From: Phyllobates terribilis
Taxonomy: Eukaryota
Reading direction: 5' to 3'
NCBI RefSeq assembly: GCF_046119375.1
Contig: NW_027362761.1
Location: 889,638,001-889,702,000 of the forward strand
Length of the DNA: 64,000 nucleotides
Below are positions 1 to 13,559 of the stretch, one piece after another. The position numbers were made by a program, and so were the translations under genes. The number at the start of each line of letters is the position of its first letter. Within the stretch, counting starts at the first letter, position 1. Below the pieces are notes generated by a model. That model was not told the DNA's origin and did no database searches. It saw only the letters and a list, made by a program, of their open reading frames with translations.

Positions 1-275
1 TCGGCATGATAAACGTTGATAATACTAAAGCTTATAACGCACATGAGTATCATGAGTTTTTGAAAACATGTATTAAAAGTATTACTTAAGACCATACAAT
101 CAATATCACAATTTTGTTGTAATTCATAAAATGCTATTAAAATAAAGGCAATATTTACATAGGATGAGAGCTTAAAAGGGGCATTCCCATCTTCAAGATC
201 CTATCCTAATATGTTGTAGGTGTAAAAATAATAATAATAACATTAGCAAATACCTCCAACTAGAAATGTAATATA

Positions 276-753
276 CAGCGGGCAAAATAAGTATTTGATA
301 CACTGCCGATTTTGCAAGTTTTCCCACCTGTAAAGAATGGAGAGGTCTGTAATTTTTATTGTAGGTACACTTCAACTGTGGTAGACAGAAAAATCCAGAA
401 AATCACATTGTATGATTTTTACATAATTAATTTGCATTTTATTGCATGAAATAAGTATTTGTTACAATAGAAAAACAGAACTTAATATTTGGTATAGAAA
501 CCTTTGTTTGCAATTACAGAGGTCAAATGTTTCCTGTAGTTCTTGACCATGTTTGCATACACTGCAACAGGGATTTTGTCTCTCTCCTCCATACAGATCA
601 TCTCCAAATCTTTCAGGTTTTAGGGATGTTGCTGGGCAAAACTGAGTTTCAGCTACCTCCAAAGATTTCCTATTGGCTAGGCCACTCCAAGACCTTGAAA
701 TGCTTCTTATGGAGCCACTCCTTAGTTGCCTTGGCTGTGTGTTTCGGGTCATT
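276..753 (-). mobile_element. Tc1/mariner right end (long TIR plus C-terminal transposase), truncated
   Basis: TA|CAGCGGGCAAAATAAGTATTTGATACACTGCC terminus matches the TIR of the Tc1 at 51666-53260. The minus strand reads ...[25 protein letters not shown], like 52755-52830. Confidence 0.85.
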
Positions 754-761
754 TGATCGCC

Positions 762-3700
762 CTCAAATCCACCTCAGTTGCCGCCCCTATTGTGAATGAA
801 TGAGAAGCAAATCTGCCTGCTTCTAAACCCAAAACTGATAAACATTTCCGAAAAACCGTCATAAACTGATACCGCGATAAAAAGGACCCATCTTCATGCT
901 GCACTAAAGAACCAGAACTAATCTTTTTTTTCCCAAGGTATGCCTTGATGCAACCAACCAGGACATTTTTGATGTTCCCAACATACCCAACACTACTTTC
1001 CTTCTCCTTTCCGCCTGATCACATTTTGAGCACTGAACCCAAAATTCAACCAAGTCCTGTAACACCCCCATGTCCTGTTGCAATAAGACACCACCCTTAA
1101 CCGAGGATGGTGATACCAACTCACTTATTCACATAGGCCCGAAAAAGGCCCACGAAAAGGCCAATTGAAACAAAACTACCTTAAATGGCAAACTGCAAAC
1201 CTGGACTAAAATGCCCCCTAATTCCTCAAGCAATTTAACCGAAACTGGCCTATGAGAATCTACCTTCAAGTGCTGTTTCCGAAAACCTTTTAGCACCTGG
1301 ATTACCAGAAGATTCTTAGTGAAATCCTCTACACCCCTAAACTTACAACCAAAAGCTAATTCCACTACCCACCTATTAACTCGAGTGACCGACCAATCTT
1401 CTGTGGCTACATGCCCCAACCAAGACTGCAAGGCCCCTTCGTGATCCTCCTCGGATACGACCTTGCCTAACTGCTCAACCCAGCTCACCCAATTCTTCCA
1501 AGCTGCCTCATATGTCACCCATATATTGTTTGCAAGAGAAGCCCTTATTAAATGTCCTGGTGTTCGCAAGCAATTTCCAAGAGCTATACTGGCCAACTGC
1601 AGCCTGTGGATTCCGCATTTAGTGCCAAAGTTTGAAAACGGTCCCACTACAAAGGAGAGACAAAGTCAGTTATTGAATTCTTGACCCCCGGAACATGTAC
1701 TGCTCTCACCCAAGCAGTAAGATATAAGCACAAAATGACGCAACAAACAAACCACTTGAGGGGAAGATGCCGATAAGTTGTTTATCGCCATCACCACAGA
1801 CAAGTGATCAAAGTGAAACTTGATCTTTTTATTGTGGAAAAACTCACCCCACACTGACAATGCCACAACAATTGGAAAAAATTCCAATAAAGTCAAGTTC
1901 CTGGTGAAACCGGCATCCACCCAACATTTTGGCCATCTGCCTACACACCATTGACCCTTCAAGTAAGCGCCAAAACCTGTACCACTTGCTGCATCGGTGA
2001 ACAACTCGCAATCAAAATTCTTGACCGACTCTGTGATTATTATCGACCGACCGTTAAACTTCACCAGAAAATCTTCACAAACTACCAAATCTTCCTTAAG
2101 ACCCTTTGTTAGGTGAAAGTAATGACAAATAGCAGTCACCCCAGCCATGGCTGCCGCCAATCATCGAGGAAAAACCCTACCCATGAGTATGATACGGCAG
2201 GCAATGTTAAGCTTTCACAGCAGCGATTGAAGTTCCTTCAATCTGATCTTTTTTATTTGAATTGCACTATGAACCTCTCATGCAGGGCCTTTATTTTTTC
2301 TTCAGGCAACCTACACTCCATTCTACTTGTCTATAGTAATCCCAAGAAAACTAAGACAAGTAATGGACCTTCCATCTTCCCTAGGGCCAAAGGAACCCCA
2401 AAATGCTGCACCACCCATTCGATAGACTTCAACAACAATTGATACACGGGTGAAGTTGGTGGACCTATGCATAAAAAATAGTCTAGGTAATGAATAATCT
2501 ATGAAACCCTAGCAACATCCCGAAACGCCCATTCCAAGAATGAACTGAATGACTCAAACATTGCACAAGACAACGAACACCCCATTGGAAAACATTATCC
2601 AAGAAATACCCGACATCCCATAAACAACCTAACAAATGTAAACTTTCAGGATGCATTGGTAACTTGTAAAGCACCATTCCTGTACTTCCTAACCCAATCG
2701 ACAGCCTGATCAAAAGAGGTATAAACCACTGGTCAAAGCTCTGGGTCTATGCCGTCGTTCACAGAAAATCCTTTCAGAAACAATAAATGCTGAGTGAGCC
2801 AAAATTCGGCTCCATCTTCTGCACCAGTCCCAAAGGAGAAACTGCCAAATTTGCCAATGGAGGAGAATAAAAGGGCCTGCCATGCGACCCTTCACCACCT
2901 CAGACTGAATTTTCTGAGTTACCACTGTGGAATGCTGATAAGCAGACTTTACATTCTTAAGCCTGAACGGAACTTCATGAACTGGTGCAGGTATTTTGAA
3001 ACCGAGCTTAAAACCATTCTCTGACAACACTGCCTTCTCCCGATGAGGACATCTATTTAGATAAGGGGCCATCCTGTGAAAATTCACCAGAGTCTGTCCC
3101 CTTTCCACTCCCAGGCTTGTCCTTTCCTTTTGTAAAGCAGCGAGCTGATCCATGTGACGATCCATTGCATGAATAGCACCGGTGCTTAAACTTAACAGCT
3201 TGCTCCAAACTTGCATTGGCTCTCGTTAAACTGCCAACCCAATCGGAATTTTGACCCGACATTCCCAGCTTGCCTTGCAACTCCCGACGTTCTTTGCTGG
3301 CTGGAAAACCTTACTCCCCGATTAAAGGACTGACCAAAATGCACCGGTGCCATCACCTTCAGCCAAAAGCCTATGTCCTTTTGATTCCAGCGCAAACTGG
3401 GCCACACCGCCTGTCTCTGCCCTAAACTGTTTGTCGTTCCGCAACCATGTCTGGCCCCCATAAATATGATAAGCCTCCCCTATTGCATCTAAAAAACAAA
3501 ATAAGCCCGAACAATTGTCTGGAGCTTTTTCCCCAATTACACTTGCCAATATTACAAACGCTTGCAACCAATTTGCAAAAGTCTGTGGAATTAACCACCA
3601 TCTCCTCTTCTCCTCCTCTTTTTTGCTCTAGTCCTTCTTTTTCTCTTTATCCAAATTGAATTTCTCTAAAGATAGTAGCAAAAAAACTCAACATACTCAT

Positions 3701-4900
3701 CCTTCCAAATTTTCTCCTTCACCTCTTTCTTTAAATGTGCCCCCAGAGGACCCTCAAAGCAGACAAATTCTATCACCCTCTTTCTCCTTCTCAGTTTGAA
3801 CAGTTACGTACGTATCAAGCCCACTAGACGCTTGGAATGAAGCATCTTCCAATATCTGAACTGGAGAATTACCTCCGGCTTCCCAAACTGAGACAGGTGA
3901 CCCCCCCGACCGCACTGTTATCTCTTTCCAAGCGACTCAATGAATCCCATACCTTGCCTAATAAGGGACCCATGTAGTTAGACACCCAGTTTCCTGTGTC
4001 CACTATGCCCCCGCTAACACCCTTATTAAAATTATTCTGTACTAGATCTGACAAAACGCTATTTTCTGCCCCTAACAAGGCTATACTAGGAAAAGACACC
4101 CAAGACAAGGAGCATACTTACCAGGCTGCGAAGGCACACTAAACCCACCAAAAGCAGTTCCTGAATCCCGCTGCTCCTGATCGCTCTGACCTGATGTGCT
4201 GTAGCACCGACCACCACCTTACCATAAGTCCCCAATCCAGGCAGATCCCGTTCAGCAGGCACAACCACAGATGACCGACCAAATGCTGAGCCTCTTTACT
4301 AGCTTAACCACCACTCCGACGTGATTCCTCATCGGTCCTCAAAGACCCCACCGGAAGGGCCCGCCATCATATTGCTGTAGCCTGATGCAGTAGAGTGCAG
4401 GAGCCTGGTCACATGATCAGCTGCAGGCCAAGGCTCCACCCCCGCTGGTCTCGGCTGCCTGGTAGGATTCCTCCTCGGCCTGGACCTGCAGCCCACAGCT
4501 GAGTGCTGCAGGTCCCCGCAAGAAGGGTCCCTGGTGGGACTTCTGTGGTGCCGCCGAGACCTAGTGGTTACATCTGGCGAGAGACGATCCGATGGCCTGG
4601 TCCTGCGTGACTGCCGTGTCTAGGTGGGTTCTGCCTCACTGCCACCCGATGGCCCACCGATCTCCACCGATCTATCTCCTGCACATGGGACAGCACGCTG
4701 GACCCATCATCCCTGCCGACAGCAGCCTGAAGCTGCTCCATGAGCAGGTCCATATCCGACATCTTCAGCATGCTTTGTAAGGCCACAGGAGAGCAAGTAA
4801 AAAACAGAGGGGACGCCTTCACTAGTTGTACTACAGTGCCCTGAATGCCACCACAGCCCCAACAACCCTAACTGATGCCCTAAACCACACCCCTTAATAG
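762..4900 (-). mobile_element. Decayed DIRS-order (Ngaro-like) tyrosine-recombinase retrotransposon
   Basis: Gag-like W-MQAF..ILASVIGEK..LFCFLDAIGEAY..GG..W (3322-3567); RT N-terminus GFKLGFKIP..NVKSAYQH..EVVKGRMAGPF (about 2850-3060); RNase H FTDAASGTGFGAY..W..NLTLLEFFPIV (1666-2160); YR with RYQF..FRKCL..SHSFTIGAAT (762-880). Many frameshifts. The 5' limit is approximate. Confidence 0.8.
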
Positions 4901-5039
4901 ACCTCCCACTTAAACTTTTAACCCCAATACTCTGCTACGTGCAGGGCACTTAACCCCTGATTGCCCTACAAAGTCGAGTCATAGCACGCTCTGCTCATAG
5001 CTCTGCTATGGTTCCGCTTTAACCTTTATAGAGGTCTGT

Positions 5040-5189
5040 CTGAGGCAAAATTTTTAAAACAGACTGGGGTTTCAAGGTATACTGATCAGGCTCTTTTCAA
5101 GGAGTGCCATAAAAAATGGGTAATGTGGAGGACCATAGATGCAGTTGTTGGTCAAGGAAACTTAGTGCAGCAGGTGAAAGACACATCAT
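5040..5189 (+). mobile_element. Tc1 transposase fragment, left part of the element split by the outer hAT
   Basis: Reads GNVEDHRCSCWSRKLSAAGERHI, the GRPRK-type region of a Tc1 paired domain. It continues in frame at 61620. Confidence 0.8.
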
Positions 5190-5568
5190 TATGAGCAAGC
5201 ATGCTCGGCCATGCTCGGTACACGATCGAGCATCGGGGTGCTCGGGCATGCTTTGTACTCAATTGACTATCCCTGGTGCTCGTGCACATGCTCGTATCCC
5301 CGCCACACATGTTTTTCAGCTGTTTTTCTGCCACCATGTTGGCTACTGGCATTATTGTGTTTGGCTGGCGGCATGTCTATATAAAACCTGGTGACGCGAC
5401 ACTCACCACACTGTAGCCAGAATTACTGCTGGGAGAACTGCTGGAGAAGGGCTAGTAGTGTATTACCAGCCTTGCTGCAGAAGAAAAAAATTAAACTCCT
5501 TATCAGGCATATATCTATTCTATTCTAGCTCTTATTAATACCATTCTTAACTGCAGACCTAATTTAAT

Positions 5569-6916
5569 ATGCACAAGACATGTGGTAAGGGATGGGGAGG
5601 TGGACGTGCTGCTGCTGATGGTGCACGCCGAGGTCACGGTGAAACTGTGCCTGCTGTGGGAGCACAACAAACAGGTTCATCCATGTCACCTACATAGTTT
5701 CCAGTCCCACTTTGCAGGGGGGCACGGGACACCACTCTTAAAGCCAAAACAGTGCAAACAGGTGGTCGGTTGGATAGCAGATAATGCTTCCAGCTTGTTT
5801 CACAGCACCATCCTGTCTGCTGCATGGTCCAGCCTCACTAGCCAAGATTCTGGACCACATAATCCAGACCCGCATCCTCCTTCCTCCCTCCATGGCGATC
5901 CCACACTTGGACACTCCAAGGAGCTCTTTACATTTCCTGAAGACAAGAGTGGGGAATGGCAATTAGTGTCTCAAGTGGTAGGTGATGATGAGTCACAATT
6001 GCCAACAAGTCATGTTGTTAAGTCAACAAGTCAGGAGGAGAACCAGAGTGCGGAATTGGAAGACAAGGTGGTGGATGATGAAGTCTCTGACCCAACCTGG
6101 CAAGGTGTCATGCAGAGCAATGCCAGCAGCTCAGGGGGGAGGAATCTACAGCACCGCAACATGCAGGCAGAGGAAGTGGGGTGGCCAGAGGGAGAAGGCG
6201 GGCAAATGTTCCCCAGAACACCCACATGTGGTTAAATCCCAGGGTAGGTATTCCCCAATCTGGAGCTTTTTTACAAACAGTGCAGAAGACAAGAAAATGG
6301 TTATTTTCAACCTGTGCTGTACCAAGATCAGCAGGGTCCTGACCACTACCAGCCTAACCACCACCAGCATGCTCAGGCACGTCATCAAAGCACCCGACTA
6401 GGTGGGCCGAACACCTGGGTTTACAATAAGTGTTTACCGGTGACACCACTGCCTCTTCCCCTGTGCTATGTGCTTTCCAATCCCCTGTTCAGGACTCAGA
6501 CACGTATCCCTCCCGCCCTACACATGTCACTGCACATTCGCAACTACGATCATTAACCATGGCCATTCATCCATCATTGTCACAGCACAGCATTCAGCTG
6601 TCCTTACCCCAGGCTTTTGAACTCAAGTGGAAACACGTAGCTAACCACTCACAGGCCCAAATGCTAACCGGACACTTTTCCAGACTGCTTGTCCTGGTAA
6701 TGTTGCCATTTAGGCTTGTGGACACTGAGGCTTTCCACAACCTCATTGCGGCGGCCGTCCCATGGTACTCGCTCCCCAGCCACCACTATTTCTCCCGGTG
6801 TGCCATCTCCGCATTACACAAGAAGCACGTGTCTCATACACATCTCCCATGCCTTGACCAACACAGTTACTGGGAAGGTCCACTTAACCACCGACACATG
6901 GACAAGTGCTTGTGGC
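5569..6916 (+). pseudogene. hAT transposase N-terminal half (outer element), frameshifted
   Basis: RG-rich start, acidic region, BED-like WSFF..CCTKISR..TTTSMLRH, LPFRLVDTEAF..PSHHYF, and KVHLTTDTWTSACG (first catalytic D). Confidence 0.85.
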
Positions 6917-7144
6917 TAGAAACGAGCGAATGTTGCAATATTCGGTTTGGATTACGATCGTCAAATTTGCAATATTCGCTGATTTATTTGTCGAATATTC
7001 CTCGAACATTGCCAAATGCCATTGGATTCAATGGGGGGCAAAAAGAAACGCATACACCTTAAAATGGGCCCAAAAGCTGTCAAAACACATCAAATTAGGA
7101 GCAGACACCTGGAAAGTGCCATCAATTGACCCAGAGTAAAAGTA

Positions 7145-8368
7145 CTATAATTATTATTTATTATTATAGCGACATTTATTCCATGGCGTTCTACATTTGA
7201 AAAGGGGTCACCGACTGGTACAAGAGGAGAGAGGACCCTGCCTGCGAGGGCGCACAAACAATCTACAAGGGATGGGTGAGGATACAGTAGGTCAGGGTAC
7301 AGCTGGTCGTGCAGTGGTATGCTAGAGCGAGGGTTACCGCAGATTGTACGCTTGTCACAAGAAGTGGGTTTTCAGCTTCCTTTTCAAGGTTTCCAAGGTA
7401 GGCGAGAGTCTGATGTGTTGTGATACAGAGTTACACAGTAGGGGAGAAGCACGGGACAAATCTTGTATGTGATTTTTGCAAGAAGAGATAACAGTGAAGT
7501 AGAGAAGGAGATCTTGGAAGGATGGAAGATTTTGTGCAGGTAAGTACAGGAGACTAGGTCACACAAGTATGGAGGAAACAGATTTCCAATGGCTTGGTAT
7601 GCCAAAGTTAGCTTTCTAAATGGAGTCTCTGGGCAATGGGGAGCCAGGGCAGGGATTGACAGAGAGACGGGAGAAGCCGGGGAATAGTGGGGTGACAGTG
7701 GATTCGTCGGCCAGCACAGTTTAGGACAGATTAGAGGGGTTCAAGAGTGGTAGAAAGGAGGTCATAGAGGAGGAGCTTGCAGTAGTCGAGGCGGGAGTGG
7801 ATGAAGGCATGCACTGGTGTTTCTGTCGATTCTTGGTTGAGGAATGTGCGGATACCAGAGATATTTTGGAGTTGGAGTCAGTAGCAAGTGGAAAGGGCTT
7901 GGATCTGACGTTTAAAGGACAGATCATAATGGGCAGCCATTTACTTTGATGGATAGGTTGGACCGGTGAATGAGATGGAGGAAAGATGATAAATTCGGTT
8001 TTATTCATGTTAAGTTTTACAAATCTAGCAGAGAGGAAATATGAAATAGTGGACACACATTGTGGGATTCTGGTTAGTAAGGAGGTGATATCAGGTCCAG
8101 AGAGGTAGATCTGTGTGTCATTAGCATAGAGGTGATACTGAAAGCCGTGAGACTCTACAAGCTGTCCCAGGCCGAAGGTGTAGATGGAGAAGAGCTGGGG
8201 TCCTTGAACTGAATGTTGAGGGATACTGAATGTCTGGTCAGTTAGGTATGATGAGACAGCGTTATGCATTGTAGATGAGGGCCAGAAAGAACATGTTCTC
8301 CAGTAGATGACAAGCGCTGCATCAAGTGGCCTCTGATCCTCATCCTCAACCTTAACATTGCACACAGT
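7145..8368 (-). mobile_element. L2-type LINE 3' fragment
   Basis: RT motifs [33 protein letters not shown], and a TAA-rich tail at 7145-7170. Confidence 0.8.
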
Positions 8369-8669
8369 ACAGTCCTCAGAGGTGGCACCCTAATTACCCT
8401 TGTTTTCCCTCACGTCACAACTCTCCAACCACCCAACTGACTGTGGGGAAACACAGATAGGCGAGTCTGCAGAGCTGTTCACACATTCTATTCCGGGGCA
8501 TCAAAGGTCTAATCCAAAGCTTTACAGACTCAAGAGGGGGAAAGCATGTGTAGCGATGCCCAAAATTTTTTTCCGTTAATCCGGGCCAAGATGAAGTAGG
8601 GTCTGAGCAAAATCCAAACTCTCGTCACCAGATGTTAATCCCTGGGGGTGGGCATGGATGTGTTTGAGA

Positions 8670-9060
8670 ACGAAACAAATACACAGCAGAACATGGAGAA
8701 CTAAACGAATATACAACAGGGGTTGGAAAACTAAACTACTAAACAGCTAGGCTTGGAGAACTAAACTACTACACACCAGGGAATACAGAACTAAACCACT
8801 TGACACCAGAAGATGGAGAAACAAACTAATAGACAACAGGGGTTGGAGAACTAAACTACCAAACAGCTAAGGTTGGAGAATATAAGAAATACACACCAGA
8901 ACATGGAAAACTAAGCTAATAGAAAACAGGGAATGGAGAACGAAACTAATAGACAACAGGTGTTGGAAAATGAAACTACTAAATAGCTAGGGTTGGAGAA
9001 CTAAGCTACTACACACCAGGGGATTGAGAAGTAAACCACTAGACACCAAGGTGTCACTAG
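8670..9060. repeat. About 30-bp degenerate minisatellite, about 13 copies
   Basis: Recurring TGGAGAACTAAACTACTAxACAxCAGGGGT unit. Confidence 0.8.
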
Positions 9061-10049
9061 ACAGCAAGTGTTGGAATCCCAAGGCTTGTGGGACAAATAT
9101 CTGTATCTAACACTTCTTTCAGTGTTTCTGCCTCCTCCATCTCCTCAAGGGCCTCCACCTGCACCCTCAACCTCTATGTGTTTCAACAGTGGAAATAGAA
9201 TCCCCCCCACCTCCATACCAGCCAGGGCTCACCGCAATCAGGCAGTGTTAATATTAATATGACTTGGAGATCGCTGTCATACAGCTGAAGAGTTGTGGAC
9301 AGCTCTCCAGGCTGAGTTTGAGCAATGGCTGTCTCCACTGAACTTGGAGCAAGTCAAGGCTGAGTGCAATAATGGTGCAAACCTGGTGGCGGCCCAGCGC
9401 CGGGCAAACTCACACACGTGCCTTACATGGCTCGCACCCTCAACCTGACAGTACAGCAATTTCACGGCTACTATCCCGGCCTGGATGCACTGCTGCAGAA
9501 ACCACGGTCTCTGTGTGCTCACTTAATATAAGAATAGCAGGATCTTTAGTATAAAAAACAGATTCGCCAATGTAACCTCTTAATCCTTGCAAGCTTCAAC
9601 ACAATGTTCACAAGGTAGACAGCAACAGTGGTCAGTCCTCTAGACAACGAGCAAACTCCTTCATGATGATAGAGGTCACCATCTCCTTAGCTTGCTGCTG
9701 GTACTTTTCTGTGGGAATGAGCTTTTCTCAAACCACCCAAGAATATCCAGTGAATGGCACGCCATGGTTTGGTATTAGCACCCAGTACCGGAAGCGAAGC
9801 CATGCACAATTTCCATATCTCAGGAATTTTATTTGGTACACTGGCTGGCCAAACATTAGTTTCTCACAAAGGAACTGTAGACACTTAGTGGTAGTAAGTG
9901 CAAGTTTCTCCAGCATAAGCTGTATGTTATTGTTAGATATCAGAGGGAGAGGGAGAACAAAATTGGACCTTACCAAGGTGCCATATTGCATCTTAAGTCT
10001 TATAGACCCTGCCTTTGCGGGCTTACATGCTACAGGATGGTGGGGAAGG

Positions 10050-10425
10050 ACACAGTAGGTTGTGGAATTTCAGTAGCTCCAGTGGTGTTGAGGTGGCATT
10101 GAGGTAATGGCAGGCTGTAGGCTGTCTTGAAGAGATGGGCTTCAGGTTCCATCTGAAAGATCCGAATGTGGTGGCTAATCGGATGTATTGAGGCACAGAA
10201 TTCCAAAAGATGGGGGATATTTGGTAGAAGTCTTAGAGGCGATTGGGTGAGAAACGAATAAGTGTGGAGTAGAGAAAGAGGTCTTGGAAGGACCGGAGAT
10301 TACGTAAGGGAATATATCGGCAGATTAGTTCACAGAGAAAGGTTATCAATGGCTTTTTTAGGCCAGTGTTAGGAGTTTGAACTGGATACACTGGGCAATT
10401 GGGAGCCAGTGAAGAGATCTTATAG
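10050..10425 (-). mobile_element. L2-type LINE ORF2 C-terminal fragment
   Basis: The minus strand reads LHWLPIAQCIQFKLLTLA, a typical L2 ORF2 C-terminal motif. Confidence 0.7.
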
Positions 10426-10901
10426 ATTGCAATCGTATAGATTGCTGGAGCCAGTGAACAGTAAAAAAGCAGCCATAGAGTGTCCGGGAACCTTCACATA
10501 GACTTTTCTTAGCTAGGGCTGCTTCTCAGCAGGGTTGGCATGGCTTATCAGAGAACCGGAGACTTCTCCGGTGGGCCCTGGCTTCTCTTTCAGGAGAGTT
10601 TAAAATGCAAACCTTGCAGGTTGTGATGATGATAGAGGCCACCATCTCCTTAGCTTGCTGCAGGTACTTTTCTGTGTCTCCAACCTTGTCTGGAATATTT
10701 CCAGTGAATTATGGCATGCCATGGTATTAGCAGTGCACGCATTATCAGAAACAAAGCCATCCACAATTTTCTTCTCAGGAATTTTATTTGGTAGACAGAG
10801 TAGCTTCCCAAACATTAGTTTCTCACAAAGGAGCTGAAGATACTGAGTGGCAGTAGGTGCAAGTTTCTCCAGCATGTTAGATATCAGAGGGAGAACAGAG
10901 A

Positions 10902-11045
10902 GGGCTTCATGGTGGCTTGGTGGTTAGCACTGCAGCCTTGCACCCTGGGGTCCTGGGTTCAACTCCCACCAAGGACAACATCTGCAATGAGTTTGTATGT
11001 TCTTCCTGTGTTTGCAGGATGTTCTCCAGTTTCCTCCTCCCTTAA
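10902..11045 (+). mobile_element. tRNA-derived SINE head with V-SINE-like core
   Basis: A box TGGCTTGGTGG (10913-10923) and B box GGTTCAACTCC (10956-10966), followed by ACATCTGCAATGAGTTTGTATGTTCTTCCTGTGTTTGC..GTTTCCTCC. Confidence 0.75.
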
Positions 11046-11339
11046 AAAGCACCCATACATTGTCTGGGAACCTTCACACAGACTTTTCTTTGCCAGGCCT
11101 GCTTCTCGGCAGGGTTGGACAGAGAACCAGAGACTCCTCCAGTGGGCCCTGCCTTCCTCTTCAGGAGAGTTCATAGTGCAAAGCTTGCAGCATAAATCAA
11201 ATCCTCTTGTGGGCCCAGTGCTCTTTAGTCTGACACTGCTTCTCTTGTTTTTCACCACTGCCTTATTTCAGCTCTGTGAAAGGACTGGAATAGAGGGAAA
11301 CCGTATTTACTCCGGCTGTCATTTCTCCTAGGAAAGTCC

Positions 11340-13410
11340 TCTAATGCAGCTTGAAAATAGCAATGACAGCCCATCCAACATCAGCTCACACTTCTCGGTG
11401 GTGCTTCGACACACAAAGATCTTTCTTTGCGTCTTGAATTTCATGACTACAGAGTTGGGAAATGGCCTGATCTGCAATGTATTTTGAGAAATAGTGTGCA
11501 TAAGCAAAGCCACAGTTTAGGCCACTGAAGGTCATCATTAAGCAAAACTCATACAGCTTTCCCACAGACTGAAAGAAGGATATCAAGACTTCCAAGACAG
11601 CCAACATTTCCCTATCCTCACCATGAGGACCACTGTCCATGTTAGCCTCCTGCTCATTATCACCCAATCTGCATTGAGATGAGATGAGGCTGGTCTGTGT
11701 AGCATCATCCTGTATAGTTCCTTGCTCCGCCTGCAATGCTTCCTCTTTAATTGTGAGCAGCGAGCATTTCAGTAGATAGAGAAGTGGGATGGTGATGCTA
11801 ATTATGGCGTTATCACCACTCACCATCTTGGTGGAGTCCTCAAAGTTTTGGAGGACAACACAGATGTCTGACATCTATGCCCACTCATCAGAAGTTATGT
11901 GCAAAGGCTGACCTGAATTCCAACTGGCGTGTTGAAGCTGGTACTCAACAACTGTGCTCTGCTGGTCACAAATCATTCCCAACATCTGCAACATTGGTTT
12001 TCCAATGTGTGGTCACATCACACACCAGTCGGTGAGCTGGAAGCTGAAAATGCTGCTGAAGCACTGCCAAGGTGGCAGAAGCTGTAGCTGATTTTATGAA
12101 ATGAGCATCTGGGTAGGTTTTGAGAAACCGCTGAACCATTAAGTTGAGCACATTTAGTGCTCTCTCATTACTAGTGTGTACCCCTGTATGGAGAACAATA
12201 ATAGCACCAAAGAATTAAAAGATAAAAGGTAGCCTGCTTTATATACCACGGTACTAAGAAAAACAATTTTGATTATATCATGTGTACCCCTGTGACAACA
12301 ATATGTGCACCAAAGAATTATTTTCAATAGAGTAGAACTAGTATAATGGGGATCGACAACTCTTCCACTACAGCCAACCCAGTAGATGGGACAAAACCAG
12401 GAGTGTTCGCATTTCAAAAAATTAGAGCCTGACACCACCGTTTCTGTGGCCAACAGATTGGAGATGGCGGAGTTCAATCTCTTAGCTTTGTCATGTGTAG
12501 GAGGAAACAATCTTTTACGTGTCCTCAACTACAGGACCGAGGGATGGCTGCAGCACTGAGAGAGGGCGGAGTACGGTGAACCGGACAAACTGCAGGACCG
12601 TGAGTGAGGTGCAGGTGGAGATGTTACAGTGGATTGAGAAACATGTGGTGCGCTCGGTAAAACAAACACAGCAGGCATGTTTGCTTCTATTACAGCTGAC
12701 AGGCTCCCACTCAGCCTGACTGGAGCAGGGAAAGAACTGGAGGTTCGCAGGTCGGAGACCTGTGTGACAATGCTTGGCACGATAACAGAGAAGGAGGAAG
12801 AAGCAGCAGATGTGTTTGATGGGGCGGCTGATGGTTGTTGAGGTCCACTGGTCCGCATTTTATCGTAGAGAGATTGCTAGTGTAAAGCATGTTGATTGCG
12901 TATGTGAAGGTTCCTGCATGTAGTAGTCAAATTATTGGACTTTTTCCCTCTACTGAGTTTTTTCTTGCAAAGTTTGCAGATAACGTGAGTTGGCTTATCC
13001 TTTGCGGTCTCAAAAAAGGCCCAGGCTAGGCAATCCTTGCTGCCCCTGCGTGCTGCAGACCCATGACCACTGCTGGCCACAGCCACAGTTGTGGCTAAGG
13101 ATGCAGTGCTCATCGCGAATGCATCACTCCGTGGCTGCGAGGTAGCATGCAACATAACCTCCTTGTCTTCTTCCTCCTTCAACTCCTCAGATTAGCTACT
13201 CAGCTGTGTGCCTCTGGGTTAACACCAAGTGGGATCCCCAACCTCATCATCATCCAATGTGTTATCCCATTCCACGCCTTGAGAGTCACCCTCCTCCTCT
13301 TCTTGCCCTGACAGCACAATAAAGTCCGTGTGACCCTCAGGTATCTGAGTCTCATCAGGATCACTTCCCACCAGGGGTTAACGTCTGGTGACGTGTGTCC
13401 GGAAGCTGCT
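11340..13410 (-). pseudogene. hAT transposase fragments (acidic N-terminus, BED finger, catalytic core)
   Basis: LAWAFF..CKLCKKKLSRG..LHIRNQH; KAKRLNSAISNLLATE; HRLVCDVTTHW; [21 protein letters not shown]. Confidence 0.85.
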
Positions 13411-13559
13411 CGGACCCAACTTTTTTCTTACCTGTATGAAGAAAAGTATTTAACACAAAGAATTTGATGCTGAGATGTAGTCTGCTTGATATACCAATTT
13501 TGAGTTTATCATGTCTGTGTACCCATGTGTGTAGAACAACATCTGCCGCAAAGAATTCA

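Larger units (their letters stand above)
6917..9525 (+). mobile_element. Second hAT copy (left terminus plus transposase fragments) inserted in the outer transposase
   Basis: Terminus-like TAGAAACGAGCGAAT at 6917. ESAELFTH segment at about 8400-8650 and HTAEELW..QWLSPL segment at 9200-9525 are both homologous to the 1226-aa protein. No right end found. Confidence 0.65.

Noticed and set aside
6909-6930. A complete element starting at 6917
   Set aside because: No right terminus followed by CTTGTGGC was found by eye.
10902-10975. tRNA gene
   Set aside because: A and B boxes are present, but there is no cloverleaf, and it runs into a SINE core.
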